DNA of 64,000 bases from Calothrix sp. NIES-2098 (GTDB taxonomy: Bacteria; Cyanobacteriota; Cyanobacteriia; Cyanobacteriales; Nostocaceae): NCBI GenBank assembly GCA_002368175.1, contig AP018172.1, positions 29,599-93,598 on the forward strand, in the 5' to 3' direction. Below, in pieces: positions 52,557 through 62,100 of the stretch; the stretch's first letter is position 1, and the number at the start of each line of letters is the position of its first letter. Made by a program: the position numbers and the translations under genes. The notes under the pieces were generated by a model, which did not search any database, was not told the origin of the DNA, and worked only from the letters and a program-made list of their open reading frames with translations.

Positions 52557-55505
52557 TTAAACCGTTGCTTCTACTAATACTGCTGGCTTTTCACTGTTAG
52601 CTATCTGGTGTTGCAAGTCTTGCCAAGTTACTCTTTCCAGACTGGGTAATACTACATTCGCTTTACCCAAGCGCTCTACTGGCCCTAAGCCTACAGACCA
52701 CATCCCGGCAGATCTAGCTGCTTCGATCCCAGCATTAGCATCTTCTACGACAACACAATGGGATGGTGAAATGCCGATTTGTTGGGCAGCAAATAGGAAA
52801 AGGTCTGGTGCGGGTTTGGGTTGAGAGACGCTGTAGCCATCGGCTATGGCATCTAATTTATCTTTGATACCTAAGCGTTGAATGACAGTCTGAGCATTTT
52901 TACTAGATGAACCTAAAGCGACTTTGATTCCAGCAGCGCGTAATTCCTGCAACAAGTTTTCTACTCCAGGTAGCAAATCGTCTGAGGTAATTTCCTCGAT
53001 TAATTCCAAGAAGTAAGCATTTTTACGCTCCATCATTTCTTGAATTTTCTCTTCAGTGACAGGGCGATCGCCTAAAATTTGGAGTAGAGTTTCTCGACGG
53101 GGCAAACCTCGAATCGCGTCGTTGGCTTCTCGGTCAAAGGGGATACCTTCTTCATCGGCTACTCGCTTCCAGCCTAAATAGTGCAACTCAGAAGTATCGG
53201 TTAACACACCATCTAAGTCAAAGATGACGCCCTTAATTTGGGGGTGTGCAGTTTGCAGATTCACATCTGCTTGTTTGTTAGCAATTTCCATTTCTGTTTC
53301 TTGTCGCAAGTCGAAGTCATACCACTCGTTGCGCCATTGCAGCCGGAATTTCAAGCGTTTCCAACTCGGAGGCAGATTCGGACAGGCAACAGGGCCAAAT
53401 TGAGTCATCCTAATACCACCAAACCCAAATACCACAGCCTGCCAAACTCCTCCAGCACTTGCGGCGTGAATTCCTTCGGCTGCATTACGCCGGACATCTT
53501 CTAAGTCTACCAAAGCTGACCGGAGAAAATGAGTATAAGCGTGGGTAGGTTGATTGAGGTCGCAAGCTAAGATGGCATGAATTGCCGGGCCGAGAGAGGA
53601 ACCATAGGTATGATCGGTACGCTTGGCGTAATAATCCCAGTTGGTAGCTAGGGTTTTATAGTCATAGCGCTCTCGTAGCAAATAAATGAGCATCAATACA
53701 TCTGGCTGTTTGAGAATCTGCTTTGCGTTTGTCGCCTCAATTCCCAACAAACCTTGTAAGGATTTGCTACGTGGTTCGTAGTCTTGAAGATTGACTTCTT
53801 CAAGTTGGTAAAAGCCTTCAAACTGCTCAATTAAGCCAGTTGATTTATCCTCATTCACATATAGATGCTCTTGGATGTCAACCCATTGATGCAAACGTTC
53901 TGTGGTTAAGTTGAGTTGTTGCGCTAGTTGTGCGGATTTTTCTGGATAAGCTTGCTTCAACCAATCCCACAGCGCTAAAGCAGATTGCAAGTGCCATTGC
54001 ACCATTAAATTGGTGAAGGCGTTATTATTGACGCGATCGTGGTTTTCATCGGGGCCAATCACATCTAAAATGTCGTAGGTGTGACGCTCTTGATTCCAAT
54101 TAACGCGACTTTCCCAGAAAACTGCTGTATCTAAAATAATTTCTGCGCCATAATCGCGCATCCATTCATCATCATCTGTATTCTGCCAATAGTGCCAAGC
54201 AGCATAGGCGACATCAGTATTGATGTGTACTTCGATATCACCGCACCAAATTCTAACTAAGTCACCGTTACCGCTAGCATGGGGAACCCAGCGAGGCGTA
54301 ACTTCATCGCCAGTATCAGCACTTTCCCAAGCAAACATGGCTCCTTGATATCCGGCTTCTTGGGCTTTACGTCTCGCTCCTGGTAAGGTGTGGTAGCGAT
54401 AGGTGAGTAAGTTACGGGCTAAAGCTGGTTGAGTTAAGGTCAGGAACGGAAGAATAAAAATTTCTGTATCCCAAAATATATGTCCGCGATAAGCAAAACC
54501 CGATAAGGTTTTGGGCGGAATGCTCACACGGTCGTCGTGACGCGGTGCTACAGCTAATAATTGAAATAAATTGTAACGGACACTTAACTGCGCTTGGCGA
54601 TCGCCTTCAATAATAATGTCACTGTCTTGCCATACTTGCTCCCAAGCGGCAATGTGAGCTGCCAAGAGGGTTGAGTAACGGGGTTCATCTGCTAATCTTT
54701 GTAGCGCTGCTGCAATGGGAATTTCTGTTTCCCGCGAAGTAAACACGGTGACAATCTTTTCTACAGTAACGCTTTCGCCTGGTATTACCTGGAAAGTTGT
54801 TGTTAAGCTGGGAGAAGTATCAGCATTTTCTAGCTTTACAGGCGGGGGATTTTCACCTTCTACTACTAACTTAGCTGCCATCCCTAACTGAATTTCTGAG
54901 TGGCGAGTTTGGTTATACAGCCAGATAATCTGTTCTACGCCACCTTGATTGAGGGTTTTCCAATGGGGTACGCCTTGGGTTTGGGGTTCAGGATCTAATC
55001 CAACTTCAAAACTGACTTCACCTTCAAAGTCTAAGGATGTCACCTGAGCGCGAATTGCTAAGACGTGTTGATCTGCTAAACTTGCAAATCGCTCGAAGTG
55101 TATATCTAGGGTATGTCCTTGAGGAGAACGCCAACGGACATCGCGGCTCAGTATACCTAAACGTAAATCTAGGCGTCGTTCGTAGTTGAGAATTTCACCA
55201 CTGTCCATACTAAAGCGATCGCCTGCCACTTTAACGATCAATGGCAGCCAGCTGGGACAGTTAACAAGTTCGGTATAGGCAATTGCTACTTTGTCATACA
55301 AGCCGTGGATGAGTGTGGCTGCGGAATCCTGAGGATAGCCTTCCTCAAAACTACCCCTGGTTCCTAAGTAACCATTACTGAGGGTAAAAACTGTCTCTTT
55401 ATGATGCAGCTGGGCGGGATCGAATTCTGTTTCAATAACGTTCCAGTCTGTAGCTTCAATCAGCGCCTGATTTTGTTGGGAATCGCGAACGGATAAGTTG
55501 GCCAT
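52557..55505 (-). CDS. glycoside hydrolase family 65 disaccharide phosphorylase fused to a C-terminal beta-phosphoglucomutase (HAD) domain
   Basis: GH65 N-terminal and catalytic regions (TLSNGYLGTRGSFEEGYP...) over ~750 aa, then a HAD/beta-PGM module (IKGVIFDLDGVLTDTSELHYL...SSSKNA...VVEDANAGIEAARSAGM). Confidence 0.85.
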   Translation of the reverse strand: MANLSVRDSQQNQALIEATDWNVIETEFDPAQLHHKETVFTLSNGYLGTRGSFEEGYPQDSAATLIHGLYDKVAIAYTELVNCPSWLPLIVKVAGDRFSMDSGEILNYERRLDLRLGILSRDVRWRSPQGHTLDIHFERFASLADQHVLAIRAQVTSLDFEGEVSFEVGLDPEPQTQGVPHWKTLNQGGVEQIIWLYNQTRHSEIQLGMAAKLVVEGENPPPVKLENADTSPSLTTTFQVIPGESVTVEKIVTVFTSRETEIPIAAALQRLADEPRYSTLLAAHIAAWEQVWQDSDIIIEGDRQAQLSVRYNLFQLLAVAPRHDDRVSIPPKTLSGFAYRGHIFWDTEIFILPFLTLTQPALARNLLTYRYHTLPGARRKAQEAGYQGAMFAWESADTGDEVTPRWVPHASGNGDLVRIWCGDIEVHINTDVAYAAWHYWQNTDDDEWMRDYGAEIILDTAVFWESRVNWNQERHTYDILDVIGPDENHDRVNNNAFTNLMVQWHLQSALALWDWLKQAYPEKSAQLAQQLNLTTERLHQWVDIQEHLYVNEDKSTGLIEQFEGFYQLEEVNLQDYEPRSKSLQGLLGIEATNAKQILKQPDVLMLIYLLRERYDYKTLATNWDYYAKRTDHTYGSSLGPAIHAILACDLNQPTHAYTHFLRSALVDLEDVRRNAAEGIHAASAGGVWQAVVFGFGGIRMTQFGPVACPNLPPSWKRLKFRLQWRNEWYDFDLRQETEMEIANKQADVNLQTAHPQIKGVIFDLDGVLTDTSELHYLGWKRVADEEGIPFDREANDAIRGLPRRETLLQILGDRPVTEEKIQEMMERKNAYFLELIEEITSDDLLPGVENLLQELRAAGIKVALGSSSKNAQTVIQRLGIKDKLDAIADGYSVSQPKPAPDLFLFAAQQIGISPSHCVVVEDANAGIEAARSAGMWSVGLGPVERLGKANVVLPSLERVTWQDLQHQIANSEKPAVLVEATV

Positions 55506-56460
55506 GAGTAAACATACCTGAATTTATGAGCTAGTTGGGGGTAGGATCGAATCCAATTTTTAGAGGTTGGATGAGCATCTCGACTTTGATGCAGTCTCAA
55601 CAGTGGGCAGTGACGTTATTGCTAATATAAACGTTCCTGATTTCATCCATCTATAGATAGGTTTTATTAATAACTCATGTTCTGGGGCATTAATATTAGA
55701 AATTTTACGAATGTATATATATGGTTGAATTGCGTAACATAACAAAATTTATATGCAAATTTTGCTCTAAATATCCTCAGCGTCTGTAAATGAAGAATTA
55801 CTCCAGAAGTAGCTTGTTGCTAACAAAATGAAATAATTATTAAATTTTTGAGATGACTGGGGAATGGAGAGGTGGAAAATTTTTTGTAACCTCTGCCATA
55901 GTTGTATAAACACTGGCTGTACAAGGTATTTCGGATTAATACTGCTTAATCCAAAAAATGATAGATTTGTTTATTTTATATAAAATCTATCTAGGTCAAT
56001 ATATTTAAAAGTCCATTTTTGACTGCTGGTAGGAGTAATTGCCGAACAGGGGATATAAGGTGGGTATTATAAGTTAATGTATAACTGTTATGTAAGTAAC
56101 ATTGTGACAGTTAAATAAATTGACTAATAGAATCAATTGGCGATTGATATAAGCAGTGCTACAGTAAATTATTTATAGTTTTGCCATCTGTAATTTTAGT
56201 TTTTAATAAAAAATCTTTCATAGACAAATATAAGCGCTAACAAGCTATAAAATAAGTAGATTTATGGTAGCTATCCTCACTTATTTTTCAGAAATACCGA
56301 AAAAGTAGATTTAAATGTGTGTGAGAAAGAATAATCTGGATGCGCGATAGCCAAAGCCAGCTTGAGCCAAACGAGTAATTGAGAGATGTGTAAATCCTGT
56401 ACTAATTGCTATATATAGAAGTATCGGTAAAACCAGTAACACCGCGATCGCGCAAAATCA

Positions 56461-57291
56461 ATGGGCACAACAATTATTATTTTTCTCATCCTGGGACTGA
56501 TTGTTACTGGTATTCTGATCGGCCCCCTAATTACTAAACAGCGAAGAAATCGCATTAAATACCGACCTTTTCCGCCACTTTGGCAGGCAATTATCGAGAA
56601 TAAGCTGCCTATCTATCTAAAACTTGCGCCTGATGAACGCCGAAGACTTCAGGGACATATTCAAGTGTTCTTAGCCGAAAAACAATTCATTGGCTGTAAA
56701 GGATTGCAAGTAACAGAAGAAATGAAATTAACTATTGCATCTGTTGCTTGCTTGCTGTTACTCAATGAGAGAGGTGAATACTTCTCAAAACTGCGTTCAA
56801 TTTTGATTTATCCCAGCACTTATGTAGTAACAGAAACCATAGCCACTGGGGATTATGTGATGGAAGAAAGGCGGGAAGCCAGGCTGGGAGAATCGTGGAG
56901 TCGGGATCAAGTAGTACTCTCTTGGGAACAGGTAGAACAAGACACTCACAACTGGAAGGACGGACATAACGTTGTACTACATGAATTTGCGCATCAATTA
57001 GATCAAGAAGATGGCAAAGCGGAAGGCGTACCAATTTTGCAACGAAAATCAGACTATCCGATTTGGGCGCAAGTAATGACAGTAGAATATCAGCAACTCT
57101 GCAATGATGTACAACAAGGTTTGACAACTGTTATGGATAGGTATGGTGCAACAAAGCCAGCAGAGTTTTTTGCTGTAGCTACTGAAACCTTCTTTGAAAA
57201 ACCGCATCAGTTACGACAGAAACATCCAGCACTATACGAGTTACTGCAACGCTACTATCAAGTAGATCCCGGACAATGGGTTGAGGAATGA
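56461..57291 (+). CDS. MtfA-like (peptidase M90) zinc peptidase with N-terminal TM helix
   Basis: HEFAHQLD HExxH in an MtfA-like context; N-terminal hydrophobic helix (TTIIIFLILGLIVTGILIGPLI). Confidence 0.65.
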   Translation: MGTTIIIFLILGLIVTGILIGPLITKQRRNRIKYRPFPPLWQAIIENKLPIYLKLAPDERRRLQGHIQVFLAEKQFIGCKGLQVTEEMKLTIASVACLLLLNERGEYFSKLRSILIYPSTYVVTETIATGDYVMEERREARLGESWSRDQVVLSWEQVEQDTHNWKDGHNVVLHEFAHQLDQEDGKAEGVPILQRKSDYPIWAQVMTVEYQQLCNDVQQGLTTVMDRYGATKPAEFFAVATETFFEKPHQLRQKHPALYELLQRYYQVDPGQWVEE

Positions 57292-58063
57292 TGGAGGAAT
57301 TTTATATATAATTGCTGCGAGTGCAATCAAAATTTGAGGAAAAATTAGATTAGCTCTCGTTATCAACTATTAAGCTATAAGGCCAAATTAAGGCTTTGAG
57401 AAAGCAACCACATTTTGAAACTAAATTTGCTGCCCAAATAATGGGAAAGTTAGTGTATTCCTCCAATTCCTGAAGTTTATCGCTGAGTTGTAACCATTGA
57501 ATTATGGCTCCCAAAATATAAGAACCAAGTGCAATAGATAACCAGACTGACATATAAATATGCTTCCCTAATTTATAGTAGATATGACAATATAAGAACT
57601 CTTAAGCAATAAGTTAAATCAAAGCCTGAGCCAGCTGCGATCGCGTTTGGTATGACTATAAATAGCACGTAACATCTCTGCTCCATCACCTCCTCAAGAA
57701 TTATTCAACGGCTAAATTTCTATTTCGTCAGATAGTACTCGATCTGCAAAATATCTACAACATCGGTCTATAAAATTCTGAAAAGAGCGAACATAGTTAA
57801 TCCTAAATTTTTTGTGAAATTCTCCCTAGCTATCTAACCTTTAGATTCTTGGTTGTAGTTGGCGATCGCCAATCATGTATCATCTATAGAGCAATACGGT
57901 TTAGTTCAAGGAAACTGGGATTTAAAAACCCACATATGTTGATAAATTATCTGGATTTATCTGCGTATCGATGGTTCATGATTCTGCTCTGAGTCGGATT
58001 GATTAAGAGCATATTTTCTGTATAACAGTTCTGTTCTTTATTTCACCTCGATTTAGGTCTTTT

Positions 58064-59128
58064 ATGCCGCGACGAACAACTTCACCTACCTCTACCACAC
58101 CCGAATCAAGGCCATTGGCTCTCTCGGAACTACATATCCGCTTAGAGGCTCTAGATAAAGAACATCAATCGCTATTAAAACAAATTAAACGCAAGCGAAC
58201 GGAACTGAAGAACTTTGTCGAACAAATGCGTTCTCTAGCCACAGACATATTTCATCGAGCTACTCCTAGTCTCAAAAAAATGGCAGATCTCGATCGAGAA
58301 ATTCATGCATTGTTTGATGAGATTTTTGCTACCAGAAAATTTGGTAAACAAACTGAAAAAAATATTAAGGCAGTTTACCGTAAACTTCAGTTAGCAGGAA
58401 TCATCAGCCCCCAACGCGATCGCGAACGGGAAGAGCCAGATTTAGACGAGCTTTTTGGTAATTTTCAGTCAGAGAATGATTTCTCTTCCGGTGCAGAACA
58501 TCGTCATCAAAATTGGCAAGAACAATCAGAATTTTCCTCTGCTACCGTTAATAACAAAGAGGAATCTCGAAAAATTCGCCAGACATTTTTGAGACTAGCG
58601 GAAATATTTCATCCGGATAAGGTGACAGATAGCGAAACGCAGATGTACCATACGGAAATCATGAAAGAAATTAACAAAGCTTACCAAGAAGGTGACTTGG
58701 CTAGACTTTTAGAAATTGAAAAACAGCACGAACTAGGAGAATTAATTGATAATAATAGTGAGGACGATCTAACTCGAAAATGTAAAAACTTAGAACAGCA
58801 AAACCAAATTCTGAAAAATCAGTATGAGAGCTTAAAGCGGGAACTGCGTCAGGCGAAAAATACCCCTGAAGGTGCGATGGTGACAGATTCGCGGAAAGCT
58901 GCAAAAAATGGGATTGACGCGATTGATCAGATGTTAGAAACAGTAGAAGTACAGATAAATGTTGTGACTCAAATTCGCGATTTTGTGCAAGAGTTCAGGG
59001 AAGAGAAAATCAGCATTACTGACTTTCTATCCGGCCCGACAATTTTGCATTCTTTAAATCAAGAAGTTATGGAAGACCTTCTAGAACAAATGCTATTAGA
59101 GTTAGAGAGAGTAGGAAATTTTAAATAG
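58064..59128 (+). CDS. J-domain (DnaJ-like) protein with coiled-coil regions
   Basis: Internal J-domain with the HPD motif (IRQTFLRLAEIFHPDKVTDSE...KEINKAYQ). Confidence 0.6.
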   Translation: MPRRTTSPTSTTPESRPLALSELHIRLEALDKEHQSLLKQIKRKRTELKNFVEQMRSLATDIFHRATPSLKKMADLDREIHALFDEIFATRKFGKQTEKNIKAVYRKLQLAGIISPQRDREREEPDLDELFGNFQSENDFSSGAEHRHQNWQEQSEFSSATVNNKEESRKIRQTFLRLAEIFHPDKVTDSETQMYHTEIMKEINKAYQEGDLARLLEIEKQHELGELIDNNSEDDLTRKCKNLEQQNQILKNQYESLKRELRQAKNTPEGAMVTDSRKAAKNGIDAIDQMLETVEVQINVVTQIRDFVQEFREEKISITDFLSGPTILHSLNQEVMEDLLEQMLLELERVGNFK

Positions 59129-62100
59129 TCTCTACTATCTTAAATCTCTGACGCCGGATCGGTAAGGTAATAATAAACTCTGCACCTTCACCTGGTATAG
59201 ACTGGCATTCTAATTGCCCTTGGTGCTTGTCTACAATGATTTGATAACTAATGGATAATCCTAAACCTGTACCTTGACCAACTTTTTTAGTAGTAAAGAA
59301 CGGGTCAAATACATAAGGTTTAGTACTATCACCGATCCCAATACCATTATCAGCAATACAAATTTTGATTTGATTTGCATTACAAATTTCTGTACGGATG
59401 CAAATTTGGAGTTTTTCGGCAGTTTTACCCTGAATAACTGAATCTTCTAAAGCATCAATAGCATTCATTATCAGATTCAAAAAGACTTGATTGAGTTGTC
59501 CAGCATAACATTCAATTGCGGGAAGTTTGCTGTATTCTTTAATAACAAAAATTTCTGGACGTTCTGGTTTGGCTTGCAGGAGGTTTTGCAAAATCATCAA
59601 CGTGCTATCAATACCTTCATGAATATCAACAGCTTTGATTTCTGCTTCATCAAGACGAGAAAAATTCCGTAGTGACATAACAATATCTCGAATTCTCTCT
59701 GCACCTACCTGCATGGAATTGAGCAATTTTGGTAAGTCTTCGGTAATGAAATCGAGTTCAAATTTGGCAATTTCGGCTTGTAGCTCAGGTGTAGGCTTTG
59801 GATAGTGTTGGCGATAGGATTTTAAGACAGACATTAAATTATCAATATATTCATTAGCAGGAGTGAGATTACCGTAAATAAAGCTGATCGGGTTATTTAT
59901 TTCATGAGCAATTCCTGCTACTAATTGTCCTAGAGAAGACATTTTCTCATTCTGAATTAGTTGAGCCTGAGCAGTTTTTAGGTTTTTAAATGCTTCTTCT
60001 AATTGTTGAGTTTTGGCGTTTAATTGTGATGTCCGTTCTGCGACTTTTTCTTCTAGAGTGTGAGAATATTCTGCTAATTGGGTATTCGCCTGCTTGAGTT
60101 CTGCTGTGGTTTTTGATAAATCAGTGTAGAGTTGAGCATTTTCTAAAGAAATGGCGGCTTGTGCTATTAATAGTTGCACCACTTCTAAGCGATCGCGTGT
60201 AAAAACTCCTGCTGTCAGTTGATTTTCTAAATACAGCAAACCCATCCACTCACCTTGATTAATAATCGGGGTACACAATACGCTTCTCGGTTGATTTTGG
60301 ATGATGTAGGGATCGCTAGCAAATAGAGATTGGGTCGCAATGTCATCTATTACCAAGGGTTCTAAAGTGCGCTTAACGTAGTTGATGACGGTAAGTGGAA
60401 CATCCTGGCTTTGTTCTAATGGAATGGCTGAGACATCTGTTGGCGAGAAAATTTTCTCTTCATTAAAACCAGCTATGGCTGCGATCGCTAACTGCTGATT
60501 TTTTTGCAATAAAAGTACACATTTTTTCGCGCCAGCATTCTCCAACATAACTTGCATCAAAATTGACAGGAGTTGATCGAGTTGAATTTCGCCGGCGATC
60601 GCTTGTGAAGCTTTTAAAAAGGCAGCAAAATCTAATTGTGCGGAGAAATTCTGGCTAGTACTAGTGCTAGAGATAGTTGTTTTTTGTTGATACTCTAATT
60701 CTGCCCAGTATAAAGCTTGATTTGACTCCAACAACTCTGGATAATTTGCTTCTAAACATTTAACTTTTGCTATAGCCCCCCATTGAGTATAGGCACTAAC
60801 AGCCTCAGTTAAATAAAGTTGGGCAATATTCGGTTTATTTTTTGTCAGCCAAAACTTTGCAGTCAATTCATTGGCTAAAGCTACATTTTGCGTAAACCCA
60901 TTAGTTTTAGCTGTAGCGATCGCGCGATCGTAAAGATCCATCGCCGCTGATTCTTGCTTCTTAATTCGAGCCATTTCTGCTTGAATTAACAGATATTGAT
61001 GCTCAAAGTTTTCTGGACAATTATCAGCCCAAATTTTCAATTGGTTTTGATGGTTAATTAAGCTTTGCCAATATTGGCGTTGCGTTGATGGTGGAACTTG
61101 AGGATAAAGCGCAGCTAAGATCAAAGCATGATAAAAAGGATAACTAGCCGAGGTTGTAAAGCCTAAAATTGCTGGCAAATAAGTTTCTGCTTGGGTTATA
61201 TGCTTTAAAGCCAGTTGATACTGTGCATACAAATAAGCTAATTGGGCTTGGATAATGTGGGCGATCGCCAGCGCCATTGGTGTGTGGCTGATGCGATCGC
61301 TTTTGGGAGAATCTTGATAATTACAATTGCCAATGAAACTATCTATTACCTGCTGCGTTTCCTGTAAAACCTCAAATAATAGGGTATTTTGTGTTTGTTG
61401 AGCAAAAGGAAGAAACTTATTGATATCTAAGCGAATAGTATTGAGGTTATTTCCTTGAAAATATTGATTGCATATATTACCGAAAAGATTATAACCAGCA
61501 AACTGTAATTCTCCAGATTCTAATCCCGCTTGATAGCCTGCATTGTTGATGGGAATCGCTAAATGAGCCGATCTCATCCAATTATTTAACCAGCTACCCA
61601 ACAATAAATTAACTTGACATTTTTGACCTTTATTTTGGAATTTTTCAGCGATTTCAGTAGCTAAAACTCCGAACTCATATCCTGTAGAGTAATCTCCAAA
61701 AAACGAACCGAGAAGAAAACCATAATTAGCATAGGCTTTAGCAGATTCGGCAACATTGCCATATTGAATTGATAACTTGACAGCCTTCGCTGTAATTAAA
61801 ATATATAAATCCAGTTCGGAATTAATATAAGTAGGTGGATCTAAATTAATTAGTAACTGAATTGCGTAACGATAAATAGGATAGGGATTTTCTGGTAATT
61901 CTAAAATAGCAGCAACTTTCTGATTCTCTAAGTAAGATTGAATTGCCGCAATTTCTAAATCGATGGCAGAGTTAAGATTGTCTTCGGGAAAATGAATATT
62001 TAAGAGCGATAAAGCTTGTTTACCAGCTTGAATTGCTACTACATAGTCTGCTTGCAGCGTTCGTTGCACAATTAGTAAATTATATAATTCAGCTTTTTCT

